Shown here: positions 43,912 through 57,894 of the stretch, one piece after another
How the letters are laid out: every line of letters starts with the position of its first letter
Numbering within the stretch: position 1 is the first letter of the stretch
DNA from: the human T2T-CHM13v2.0 reference genome, Homo sapiens
Strand: one strand, 5' to 3'
Assembly: GCF_009914755.1 (NCBI RefSeq)
Contig: NC_060930.1
DNA: 64,000 nucleotides
Program-made: the position numbers and the translations under genes
The notes under the pieces: model-generated
The model's database searches: none
What the model saw: the letters and a program-made list of their open reading frames with translations, nothing else
Told to the model about the DNA's origin: nothing

Positions 43912-44069
43912 ACATCGCAAGTTTTAAATGCTAAAATAAGGGCCTCAATACTTTGAATCTCTTATGTTAGTCATATGATGACACTGTTTTTAACAAAGGA
44001 GTTTGTGCCCTTTACATTATCATACATGTTACATATTACTGAATCATAATCAAGGCTTTACATACCTTG

Positions 44070-44250
44070 TTATTTGTTAGTGGTCTCTGTCAGCTAGGGG
44101 GCTAGAGCTCCACAAGGGCAGGGATTTCTGTCCTTTTGTTCAGTGATACATAATAAGCACCTGGAACAACACCTGACACATACTAGGCACTTAATATGGA
44201 TTTATTTAATGGATGGATGGATGGGTAGATGGATGGATGATTGGATGGAG
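44070..44250 (+). mobile_element. L2 3' end with (GGAT)n tail
   Basis: agctccacaagggcagggat...acacctgacacatactaggcacttaata. Confidence 0.75.
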
Positions 44251-45006
44251 CCATATTCCCTACTAGATTACTAGATTGTAAACATCCCAAATAAACATTC
44301 TGGAAAAAGTAATACATGTACGTTGTTAAATACAATTCAAACAACCTATAAGAAAAGTATGAGACTCATTAGGGAAATTTGAACAGTGAATAATTGATGA
44401 TATTCATAAAACACTGCTTGTTTGTTTAGGTGTGGAATGTATTGCAGTTATGGTTTACATATTTAACTACTTAAAGACACAATGACGGCTGGCGTTTGTT
44501 TCAAAACAATCTCAAGGCAGAGGAAGAGCAGTGAGGGAGATATGGATGAAACATAATCTACCATGAGTTGACCATTGTTTTGGGATAATGAGTGCATGAA
44601 AGTTTATTACACTGTCGTCTCTACTTTTGCTTAATATACTTAAAAATACTTAATTGTATTTTTTTCATAATAAAAACTTAAATATTCAAGTGTTACAGAA
44701 TGGCATAGAGTTAAAAGCAAGACTCCGTCCCATCTCTGAACTCTTACCCCTACATCCTCTCATTTCCAGCTCATTCATTTAAAAAAAACATTCTTAACTA
44801 CAAGCACCTAAAATATACCAAGCCCTATTGTAGTCGCTGGAGCTATAGCTGTAAGCAAGCGCTCGCATGCCAGTGTAGAAACAGACAATAAATAAGTTGA
44901 TAAACAAATATATAAGACAATTTCAGAGATTGATAAGTGCTCTAAGAAAACAAAACCAGTTCTCCCCAAAGCAACCAGTGTTTCCAGGTAGTCTAGGCAT
45001 TTAGCC

Positions 45007-45075
45007 ACACATGTGTGTGTGTGCGTGCATGTGCACATGCGTGTGCGTGTGTGTGTGTGCATGTGTGCGTGCTCA
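45007..45075. repeat. Alternating purine-pyrimidine (TG/CA/CG) tract
   Basis: Direct inspection. Confidence 0.85.
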
Positions 45076-46586
45076 TGTATCACATACCCTTTTATTGCTC
45101 AGATGGGAGCATCCATGCTGTTCTATACTTTGCTTCTTTCCTTGAAAAATACATCCTACAGTTAAGTCTATACCCAGACTGTGACCTTTCAAGAGCAAGG
45201 GCCACATGAACTCACCCAGTGCCTGTCAGACCCACAGCAAAAGCTTGATAAATTTAATGCCTGATTGAAAGTCTTTCCAATCAAAAACTGGTTAAACAGC
45301 AAATACTCTGCCTTCTCACCCTCTCTGTACCTTGCCTCTCCTACTCCAAAGGTAGGATCCAAGGGAGGTTTGCAGAGCTGTGTGGTGCCTGGCATATGGA
45401 GAGCTTTCAATCAATGTTTGCTAGAGGAATTCAGAGTGGGATAAGAATTACAGCAAGGCAAAGACTGTCAGACAAACTTCTCCTTAATGAGAGCTGGGCA
45501 TCTGGTGTGCTGCGCCAGGAAGAAAATGTGTGCCGGGTCCCCAGTGTGGACAGGTGTTCTCTGGCATTTGGAAGCAAAGCTAAAGCTCAGTTTACGGTGC
45601 ATGCCGCATGGCCTAGTCTGGTTTTGGTTTTTTGCTTTTTGTTTTTGTTTGTTTCCTTCACCTGCTCTAGCTGCTACAGCCTTTTGATAATGCTGTGTTT
45701 GCCCTAAGAATCACCTTTAATTCTCAGCAGATCCCAGAGAGATGAACATGGAATCACTGGGCGATCACTTACCTCATGGTTTATTTCCTGAAGGGCTTGA
45801 CTCTTATAAGATCCAAGATGTCACGTTAATTTTTAAAAATGTATTCTCAGTAGTCATATTGATTCTGTTGTTGTTTTTCTGGAAAGCATTAATAGCAGAA
45901 AGGCCACATGAGTTCAGTGGTCACCCAGACCATTTGAGCCCCAAACCTTGCTTAATCTTGAATGGCCTGAGAAAGGTTAGAGGTATTTGACTATTTTCTT
46001 AAAAATAAAATACCTGAGTTATTGATAAATACAAAAAAAATGGAGTGAAGGGGAAGAATGACCAACCGTAAATTGGAACTTATTTACTTATTTCCTAGCA
46101 TTACTCATTTTAGGATAATGCCTATTTGTGTAAACAGAGTTGAAGAACATGAGGATATTCTTCCTGCTACTATATCCAGGTCAATGTGTGATGCTCCCTT
46201 TGCTCATCATATTTGTTTAAAAGATTGGAAGATTATTCCAACAAATTGACCTAGAGACCCCTTTTTCACAGCCCAAGATACTTGTAAAACTCTCCTTTTA
46301 AAATATCCCTACAAGATCTCATTTGACATAACATTAGTGTTAGGTTGAGTGGGAGCTCAGGTCTTTCCATGATGGTTGTGTGTGCTGGGTGAGTTATATC
46401 AGTTTGTGTGAAGAGAGGGAAGTGAATATGAGCACACAGAACATAGCAACAGAGGCTGGAGAATGCCTGCAAGTTTGAAATAGGAAAGGAAGATACCAAA
46501 GACATTTTCCATCAGGTTAACCATCAAAATCATCATAGAAAGAAGGACTGGCCAAAATGCTTGAGGTCTGCTCATGTAAACACATC

Positions 46587-46963
46587 TGTTAGTCAGCTGG
46601 GACTGCTATAGCAAAATACCACAGGCTGGATGGCTTATACAACAGACATTTATTTTCTGAGATCAAGGTGCCAGCATGGTTGGGTTCTGGTGAGGGCTGT
46701 CTTCCAGGTTTGCAGACAGCTGTCTTCTTGCTGTGTGCTAATGTAGGCTTTCCATGGTGTCCTATTGTGGAGAGAGAGAGATCCATCTCTCTCTGACTTC
46801 TTCTTCTTATAAGGGCACTAATCCCATCATGAAGGCCTCACTCTTGTGACCTCATTTAACCCTAACTACCTCCCAAAGGACTTTTAATATTATCACACTG
46901 AGGGATCAGGGCTTCGACATACAAATTTGGTGGAAGGGACACAAATATTTAGCCCAAAATAAC
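46587..46963 (-). mobile_element. MLT1A-like solo LTR
   Basis: gctatagcaaaataccacaggctgg...ttataagggcactaatcccatcatg...gacacaaatatttag. Confidence 0.8.
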
Positions 46964-47059
46964 ACTGGAGTAATTTTAGCACTTTACACGTTTATTTCAT
47001 TTGGTTGTTGTGAGAATGTATGTATATCACGAAGCCCTTTACAAGTTTGCTTTGGATTG

Positions 47060-47660
47060 ATTATTCACTTGACATTCAAGAAATATTTCTTATCATTTAC
47101 TCTGTGCCTGGTGCAGTCGTAGGCCTTGGAGAATTCAGCAGGAAAAAACAGATATGGTCCCTGTCCTCAAGGAGCTCACAGTTTAATGGGAGAAAGGAAG
47201 AGGCAATGAATAAACAAACAAACAAAGAAGAAAGTAAATACAAACAAATCAATCACTTGTGATTTGGCTTTGAAGGACAAAAACAGATGTAGTCCTAGAG
47301 AAAAGGATGGGGAAGAGGTGATTAGGAAAGGCTTCTGAAAAGGTGACATTGAAGCTGATACCTGAAAGATAAGAAGCCTGCCCTGTGGAAAATGCAAGAG
47401 TGTTCCAGCAGATGGAACAGCAGGTGTGAAGAGCTCCAGGCAGAATAGAGGCTAGCATGTTCTAGGAACCAAAAGAGGTTCCTGTGTCTGGAACGCAGTG
47501 TATGATGGGGAGAATACAGCATGAGGTTGGGGGGATTGGGAGGACAAATTGCAGGGGGCCTTGTAGGCCAAGGTAAGGCCTTCATTTTATTCTAAGGATG
47601 ATGGGAGCTGTTATAGAGCATAAGCTGGGGAAAGAGGTGGTTTGGTTCATGGGACTTGTT
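47060..47660 (-). mobile_element. L2 fragment
   Basis: tactctgtgcctgg...ggaaaggcttctgaaaaggtgacatt...ccttgtaggccaaggtaagg. Confidence 0.75.
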
Positions 47661-49260
47661 CACTGTCATGAGAAGCAGTCAGTAGATAAAGGTAAAGAAG
47701 GCAGGAAGAGACAAAGACGAAGCCAGAACCAATTTAGATACTTTGAGTAAATCAGTTTTCTTCTAGCCTTCGCGATCCTAGAAAACTATATGTAGACTTA
47801 GTGTTGTTTGAAAATCATTTTTCAGGTGATGAAGGGACTGTGCATTCAGCAGACATTTGTGGAGTGTCTACCCAGATGTGCTATGTGGTGGTAGCACAAA
47901 GATTGAATAAGACAAAAATCCTGGCCACCAAGAGCACTTAGGCCAGTCAAGGATACTGACAAGCACACCAAAGACACTCAAAGAACATGTGAAGAGCTCT
48001 GAGAAGAGTAGTTAAGGAGGAGGAGGAGGAGGACTCTGAAGATCGAGTCCTGCCAGGGAGGGAAGGCAGCAGGAAAGGTCTTGTTCAAAAAACAAGTGCT
48101 GCATGAGCAGATTCCTTAAGGAATGAGGAAGACTTTTCCCAGGTGGATGGAGTTAGATGTGGAAAAGCAGGCAGCGGGAACAGCACACACAAATATTCGG
48201 AGATAAGTGAGCCGCGAGCGTGAAAGCCACTGTGACAGCTTGTGTGGTCAGAGCGCTGGGCCCCAAAGGGGAGTGACAATGAGGATCTTCTCTACCAATA
48301 AGAGGGGAAGAGGGAAGAAAGCTAAGATGAATTTCTTTAGAAGACGTGTGAAGAACAGTTTGGAAGTAGAATAAAGGCAAAGTAGAATCAGATGCAACAG
48401 CCCAGGTAACAATACACTAGTCACGTCTAAGGCAAGATGATAAGCCTTAAAAAGGTAAGACCACATGACAGTCTTCACCGTATTCCCTTGAGCACCAGGT
48501 ACAAAACCAAACACGCAATATTTTCTTAAATTATTATTAAATTGCATTGAGTAAATATAGTACCCTCACACTGAGGGATCAGGGCTTCCACATATGAATG
48601 AATTAGAATTTGTATATTCTAATATACAAAATGTCCAGTTCTAGATTCAGGATAAGATATTACCCTACCACAGAGAGGCAAAGCACTAGGTGCTATTTTT
48701 ACATATTTATAAGGCCCAAACAGGTTAATGCATATTCTTGACATCACAGATTTATTTCTATGTTAATTTACTTTCAGAAAGCATGTATAACCATAATATA
48801 CATGGGGAAAAAGTAATTTTATTCATGTGTTTGGACATAAAAAATATCATTATGCAGTCTAATAATCCCAGTTGACAGTTAGAATCATTAAAAAAAAACA
48901 GATATATTAAGAAAATTCAAGAAAAGCAACAACCACACTATGGTCTGGCTCCTCTGTTTTGTTGGGTGGCACTGATTTATACCAGCAGGCACAGTCATTT
49001 ACAAGTCCATTTTGTGATCAATGCCTGGCCTATTTGCCTATATACAGCATTATGAAAAGTGCAGGCAGGCCTGCTAAAGAATTTCAACGGCCTAGACTTT
49101 GCAGGCAAGTGAAAAAGAAGGGTTTTTTGTTGTAACCTGTTATGTTTACATTTTTTTCTACCCTACGGTGACAGCACAGGTTTGGGGTCCCTGGTTACAT
49201 ACCAATGTACTACTATATATACCATTTAAAAATTCAAATGGGGTTAGTTTAGATGTTGAT

Positions 49261-49360
49261 TCAGATCTTCTCCAAAATAGGAAAGGGCATTTTTATTCCT
49301 TTTGGATGATTCAAATCTTTTCCAGAATAGAAAAGGGCATTTTTAGTCAGTTTGGATAAC
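49261..49360 (+). repeat. Two-copy 50-bp tandem repeat
   Basis: 49261-49310 vs 49311-49360, 41/50 identical without gaps. Confidence 0.9.
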
Positions 49361-52300
49361 TTTGAGATTTTTCTAGATAAATTTAATCTGTAAGGGACGA
49401 AAGTCGATCGGGAATTATCTCTGCCAATGACTTGGTCCAGCCAGTGAGCTTGTGAGTAAATCCTGCTTCTTCTCCACATAACTTAATTCCCACATTTCCC
49501 TCCACTTCCACTGAATGAAAAGAGAAGATGTTTCCACCATAGGAAACCACAGATAATTGAGAGAACTTTCTAAGATAGTTTTTCCTTTCTTCTTTTTATC
49601 CTCACTTTCTCTCCCCACTCAGAGCTTAAACAAGTGATACATCTCTGGCTTTCCTTGCAGCCCTCCTCCCCGCCCCTCCTTTTGGATAAGCCTCAGCTTC
49701 GTGGCCTGGCATGCCGGAGAAACTGGTTCTACACACCCAGGGGGAAAATGACAGCTTTTCACCGCAAGCTGCTCAGCTCATAAATAGCGAGGGGTAGCGT
49801 CCACACACGTCTCGACCTGCCTCTTTCCAAACGCCTGTACAGCCAGCATGGCAGGAAAGTCTTCAGGGAACATTAACAGCTCTTTACATAACTTTCTGTA
49901 AAGCAGCTTAGTAATGTTTGCAGCCTAAACAGCCCACAGGTGACAGCTCTGCCATTCTAATGCCTACAAGTGAATGACCAGCTCAACTGGGTGGTTCTTT
50001 CTTCTTCCAGAGTGGCCCTGGGAGACAGGGAGAGGGAGAAAAGAACAGAGGTGAGCGGAGAGAGAAGTTAGCTTAGTAAAGAATGAAGTGTCCACAAACC
50101 TGGCAAAGGGCCTGTGATTTTATGCCTTGAGGTAAGAAAGTCAACTGCTTTTCCTGGAACTTGGTCTAAATTTAACACCCGCTTTTGCAAATGTCTGCTG
50201 TACGGTGAGTTGTGTGAGCTCATGGTGGAAAGTGACAAAGTAGGTACACAGCTGATATAATTTATTTATAAATGCATGAGTGCCGAAAGGAGGTAAAATC
50301 ATGCAGAGTTGATTTAGCTGTTGTGTTGTTCACGGAAAACATGTTGCACACCAACAAAACACACAGATGCACATCTAAATTATTTTAAAGATCACATTTA
50401 AACCTGGAAAATACCAGTGGCTTTTTAACTTTATCACATCATAGTTAGGGCTTTAAAAAATGAATCTATTATTGTTTCCTTATGAGACTATAAGAGAAAT
50501 AATGAATATTAAAATGAAGGTACTTAGTTGTCCTTTAGTATTTAAAACTACCAGGAAAGAAAAAGAAAAACAGTTTAGGTTAAGTTTAAGGAAGGAAAGG
50601 AAAAGGGGAAAAAATAGGTTGTCATTTTCAGATTATCATTTCATTTTACTTTAATAAGATTTTTAGGTGGTGACTGTTTTGTTTGTTTGTTTGTTTTGCA
50701 AGCTCAACAGTATAACAACAGAACTTAAAGATCTTCGGGTTTGAGAGGAATTATTAAGGGCTAGACCTGTTTTATGTATTGCTTTTAATATACATTTCAC
50801 AGCATTTACTGCAGTAATCTCTTTGGGGAAATTAGCAATGGAACAATTTCTATATTTAAGAACCATAAGCCTCCATGTATGTTGAATTAACCTATTGTAT
50901 AACCACAATACTAACAGCAAGGAAAAAGATTTTATTAAAATAGGGTTATTGCACCTTTTTATTTTTCTCTACTCCACTCAGCAGAATCTTAGAAAACTCT
51001 TCCATAACCTTAACTTTATCTTCAAACATAAAGTGATTACATGCTTTCGATATACTGTGTTTTTGCTTTTGTTGATAAATAGCTTTCCTGTAAGAAATGG
51101 ATCATGACAATCAGAAATTAGATAATTGTAAACAAATTATATTTTACTGATAAAAATACAACCACGAATATGAAGACACTTAGAAACAGAAAAAGAGCAA
51201 GTTACATTTTCCATACATCAATATATAAAAACAGCCAGAAGAAATTTTTTCAAAATCAGGAAACAGTTCCTGGTCTATAAGGTATAAATCCTAACTCTTT
51301 ACCAAATGTATAATTCTATGTTTTAAAAAATATTAAAAATTAAAAATTGGCTATGAAAATAGCAATTCATATTATTGTGGAGATTTATATACAATGGGAA
51401 TCAAATGAGAAAGAAAATATTATATTCTTATTTGTATAGCAATGAAAACAACAGAATAAATCTGGAATTAAAGCTGGTCTTTAAAACAATTTCAGTGTAA
51501 AGTTAAAGCATTTATTCTACTGCATATATTTTATAATCTACATAATGCCTAACTCTTGCCCAAGATGAGCTTTCTGCACAGATAGATACTTAAAAGCTAC
51601 TTTTTAGAGACACTGCTACTCAAGATTTATCATTAAATTTATTCCTTCTCCCTTTCCATTATGGATAAATGTTCTTGAGATCTAGAGAAAAGAACTTCCT
51701 GCTTCCTCCAGAAAGTAAACTAAATCAGAAATAAAGAAGAAATAAATATAACAACCCAATAGAAAAAGTACAGAAGTCATCTGTAGTTATACACTTTGGC
51801 TTCAAATGAAGAGATAAGCAAATTAAGACCTCCCAGGAAAATCCATGCCACTTCTTACACAAAACCCAAGCCACTACTTGGACATTGAGTTAGTTCAGTG
51901 TAGACTTTCTGCCAGACATAATGTATTTGATAAAGCTTCTGGCTTTTTATCTTCAGACTTGGTTTGCTATATTAATTCAAGAGTCTCAGGAATATGAGAA
52001 ACAATGGCAATAATTCAAAATTTTTCATTATCTGTTCTTGGATATGTCTTCATTTGTCATAACTGTAGGGCTGTAATAAAGGAGCTGCTTCTGTCTTCTC
52101 ATATAAATTTGGGTTTATTCTTTCTCAGTACTAGTTTCAGTCTTGGACTCCCCTGGCCTGAGGGAAGGGTCTGCGCTCCTTCTCACCCAGGTACCCTCAG
52201 CTGGATGTATTTATTACCTCCCACACCAAGACCACCTTGGTCTCTGATCTTTCCAGCCTCAGAACCCATCTCTTCACCTCAGCTATCATCACACCGTTAG

Positions 52301-52411
52301 TGAAAGGGTGAGGGAGCGCCAGACTTTTTCACACTGAAACTGATCACAAATTCATAGAAAACCCAGAGCCAAGATTATGCAAACCACAGTTTATAATGGA
52401 AGCCATTTCTA

Positions 52412-52792
52412 TGTTAAAAGAAAAACCTTAGACAAATTGAATTTACCAGAGTTTAATTGAGCAAAGAATGATTCGTGAATCAGGTAGCCCCTGAACCAGA
52501 ACAGGTTCAGAGAGACTCCAGCACTGCCTCCTGGTCAAAGAAGAATTATGGACAGGAAAGCGGAAGTGACTACAGAAAAAGGAAGTGAGGTTGCAACTGG
52601 GTGTTTGCCTCATTTGAACATGGTTTGAACAGTTGGCCGCCTTTGATTGGCCAAAACTCAGTGATTGGCATGAGAGTAGGTTACAGTCTGTTAACACATC
52701 CAGTTAGGTTACAGTTCACCATGCGCGAAGAAACCTTTAGGCTGAACTTAAAATACATAAGGAAGCAGGTTTAGGCTAAACTTAATTTAACA
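52412..52792 (-). mobile_element. MER57-like ERV1 solo LTR
   Basis: tgttaaa...tttaaca termini; 4-bp TSD tcta/ccta; contains GGAAGT and ATTGG motifs. Confidence 0.8.
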
Positions 52793-54399
52793 CCTATTGA
52801 AAAATACAAAAATCCTAAAGCAGGATTCACTATAAATATTTATTTCCAGAATTCCTTTCCTTCCCCTTCTTTGTGGCTTTGCCTATGTTCTTCCTAAAGC
52901 CAGGGAACATGCTAATTAGGATTAAAAAGGCCACAGTCTTATCAGTCTTTGGTAAGGCTTTGTTAGCATAATAACCAAAGTTATAAGAGTTGTTTGATAT
53001 TAACAAGAGAAAGGACTGTTTGTCTTGTCGATTTTCACTCAAAACGATGCAGATGATCACCCTTCCTGCTCCCATATTCATCAAGGGAAAAACTAGAATG
53101 TATTTATTGAATGGTGAGTTTGAACCCTGGAATAAAGGCTAAAACCAAATGGGCAGTGGGGAGTATAACACGGAGATCTCAACAGCGGACTCGCTAATGC
53201 CCTTGGGAGGGAGCATCTGAATGGGCAGTTGACTCCTGGGCTTTTACATTGGCTGGCTTCTCTTCCTAGAACCTTCTTCTCCCTTTTAGGTTATAAAATA
53301 CTCTCACCTTCTTCTAGTCTTTGCTAAAATGTTTATATTTTGATGGGGCCTCCCTTGACCATGCTATTTAACATTGCAAACCACCCTTCAGTCCTCCACT
53401 ATAGATTCCCTGTTTCTTTCTACTACCTACCCATCACCTCCTAACTCTATACTCTATTACACTAGATCATGTGCTTTTTTATTAAGTTTTCATTTATTGT
53501 TTGTCTCTTCCCAACCACAAGAGGATAGACTGTTTTGGTTTGTTTTGTTTATTCATGTTCCCTAATTTTTCCAAGCACCTCTAACAGAGCCTATGGATAC
53601 CATTAATTTCTATCTACTCATAGACTCCATACCTCAGGCCATTTCAAATATTACCAGTGTAATTAAGTAAGGGGTTACATTTAGGTTATCATCCGCCCCC
53701 CCCGCCCAAAAAAAAAGCCATGATGGCAATACATAGCTGAACAGCTCAGTCTACCATTTTTAGTCTCTTAGCTCAGAATTTTCAATATCTATCAGTTTCC
53801 CACCAATCCCTACATTGCCACCAATAACTGAGATTTCCTTTTTCAATCTGCAAGTTATTGCTAACAAGCGATCATTGATTAACTGTGTTCATTAAGCAGT
53901 CTATTGAAAAGAGAGAATCTTAGAAAAACAAAAATAAATATAAAAGGTCATCTCACCATGAATTACTGCCACCACACCACCAAAAGAATAACAGTGAGAA
54001 GAAGGGAAAGAGAAGAAAGAAGCAGAGGAAGAGAAGAGATGTTAATATATTAATCATTTACATTGGAAAATGATCCTCCTAAATGCTGTTATCAGTTCAT
54101 ATACCATCACTATCAACAGTCATACTTCAGTTTTGGGTTTTGTTTTTTATTTTTGTAATTTCAAAGAAAAAATGTGAGATAGGAAAAAAATGAAAACACA
54201 TCATGAGATAGGGAGAAATTTGAGGTCTCAAGTTGACAAACGGAATGTTCATTTTGGTTTTTAAAAATTTAAATAACTTTTTCACTGACACTTGCAGAAC
54301 AGAAATTATTTTTTAAATTATGCCTCTAAAAGCCAGAAGACGTAATCATAGCACTTTCTCTATTATTCTCACCTCTAAATGTTCATTCGTTTATTTATG

Positions 54400-55179
<780 letters not shown>

Positions 55180-55796
55180 TAAATTTATTATCGGGAGGTA
55201 AAAAATATCAGACTGATTTTGACAACTCTCGGGTTCTCGAGTAAGACTTCGAAATTCATAAAGAAAAAGCATTTCCAATTTTCTGTTGCAGATCATGTAA
55301 ATACTAGAGTGGAGTCTAAAATCTCCTGCCTGTGAACTGAGCCCATGACCCTGCATAAATCATTTGATCTGCTCTGGTTCCCATAATTCTATGCTTATTT
55401 ATAAATACAGCTGAAAGACTATTAATTTCTTCACCAGGCACAGGTAAAGGAGAGGAATGGGAGCCAGGGCAAAGGATGTTGAGCCAAAGCCAATGTAAAC
55501 TAAGGCGAAGAAGCCAGTACTGTCATTTGCTATTCAGCACCTGTTTAGTTATTAGTAGATATCAGATGTGTCACTGTAAGATTCTAAGCAAAGGGCTAGA
55601 GAGAAGATACAGGAAATTTTAGCCCTGTGGGTTAAGGCTCAGTAGAATGATTTGAACAATATTCAAAGGATGAATCAATGAATCAACATATGAGAGATTC
55701 AAAATGCAAATATTTAAAAATCAAATAGGAAAATAAAGAACTCTTTGAGTCAATTTCAAATATTTAGCTCCTGAAAATTTAAATAAATGAAGTTTT

Positions 55797-56138
55797 CACC
55801 TGAGCGCAGCAGCTCATGCCTATAATCCCAACAACTCGGTAAGCTGAGGTGGGAGAATGGCTTGAGGCCAGGAGTTTGAGAGCAGTCTGGGCAACAGAGT
55901 GAGATGCCATCTCTAAAATAAATAAATTCATTAATTAAATAAATGAAATAAATTCAGCCCGGCATGGTGGCCCATGCCCATAGTCACAGCTACACAGGAG
56001 GCTAAGGTGGGAGAACCACTTGCGCCCAGGAGTTCAAGGCTGCCGCGAGCTAGGATTGCAGCACTGCACTCCAGCCTGGGCAACAAAGCAAGACCCCAGC
56101 TCTAAAAACATAAATAAATAAATAATAACAATAATAAA
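55797..56138 (+). mobile_element. AluJ
   Basis: Diverged dimer with AluJ motif gcccaggagttcaaggctg. Confidence 0.9.
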
Positions 56139-56717
56139 GCTTTTCCTGAAAATTAAAGGTATAGGAAAGTGACAGAGGAAATAGGACTTATACAGGTATT
56201 TAAATGAGTATTATATGTTTATTGTGGCAATTTTATAGTAACTGAAACTAACAGAAACCACAAAAGGAGATTAATCAAATTATAGTACTTCATACAATAA
56301 AATACTACACATCTGTAAAAATAATGTAAAGAAATTTTTTACATCATGGGAAAGTCTTTTCAATACAATGTTAAGTGGAAAAAAGGTCTACAAATGAGTA
56401 CATATATATATAATGAGTATATATACAAATGATGGTATACAAATATATATTACAAATATATACAAATATGTACAAATATATACAATTGTGTATATATACG
56501 AATGAGAACATATATAATGAAGCCATTTTTATAAATAAGAAAATAAACGTGTATCTGTATACAGATGTTAGCCATTATGTCTCTATTAACTAATTATTTA
56601 TTAATTCTAATGTATATTTACAACAAATATGTATTATAATTGTCTTCTTAAGAAACAATATGTGTATATATATGTGTGTGTGTGTGTGTATATATATATA
56701 GTTTTTTTTTAATATTG

Positions 56718-57678
56718 TTGTGGTGGTGGGCAGAATAATGGTTCTCTAAAGATGTCTATGTCCTGATCCAAGGAACCTGTGACTGTGATGTGGTGTGTTC
56801 ACAGCAAAGCAAAATTAAGAATGTGGATAGGGCTGTGGTTGTTAATCAGCTGACCTTAAAATATTATCCTGGATAGGTGCAATATAATCACATGAGTTCT
56901 TAAAAGGAGAAGCAGAGGATTAGAGAAGGACATGAGAAGGACTCACTTGTTGTATTAGCCTGTTTTCACACTGCTATAAATAACTGCCTGAGACTGGGCA
57001 ATTTATAAAGGAAAGAGGTTTAACTGAATCACAGTTCAGCATGGCTGGGGAGGCCTCAGGAAACTTACAATCGTAGTGGAAGGCAAAGGGGAAGCAAGGC
57101 ACCTTCTTCACAAAGCAGCAGGAAGGAGAAGTGCCAAGTGAAAAGGAAAGAGACCCTCATAAAACCATCAGATCTCGTGAGAACTCACTCACTATTAAGA
57201 GAACAGCATCGGGAAACTTCCCCCATGATTCAATTACCTCTACCTGGTCTCTCCCTTGACATGTGGGAATCAGGGGGATTATAGGAATTGCAATTCAAAT
57301 AAGACTTGGATGGGGACACAAAGCCTAACTATATCACCTGCCTTCACTGGCTTTGAAGTTGGAAAAAGGAAGCCACAAGCCAAAGAATGCAGTGGTTTCT
57401 AAAAGCTGGTAACGCCCCTCAATTAATAGCCAGCAAGGAAATGGAGACCTCAGTTTTACAACCACAAGGAACTGAGTTCTGTGAACAACCCCAGGAAAGA
57501 GCAAACAAATTCTCCTCTGGAGCCTCTAAGAGAGGAACGGAGTCAGCCTACACCTCGATTTTAGTCCAGTGAGATCCGTGTGGGGCTTCTGACCTACAGA
57601 ACTCAGATGATAAGTTTGTCTTGGTTTAGGCCTCTACATTTGTGATCCTTTGTTATGGCGGCAAGAGACAACTAACAC
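56718..57678 (+). mobile_element. MLT1D/E-like LTR interrupted by THE1
   Basis: ggcagaataatgg...taatcagctgacctt...cttctgacctacagaact...tttgttatggcggcaa. Confidence 0.75.
56951..57336 (-). mobile_element. THE1C/D solo LTR
   Basis: tgtattagcctgttttcacactgct...aaagcctaactatatca; 5-bp TSD cttgt/cctgc. Confidence 0.88.
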
Positions 57679-57894
57679 CATCAGAAAGGGTTTGGAAATG
57701 CAGAGAGAACAAGGAGAATTAATTTCACAAATGAGGAAGACTCAGTAGAAATACACCATATATGAGAGATTCAATAGGATCAAAGGTTAATAGAAGGGAA
57801 AGAGACAAAGATGGAAAGATCCAGATTACAGAAAGCCAGAGGCACAAATCTGGATGATAAGGAAGTCAGAGAAGATCGAGGTGGTGCATGTCAG

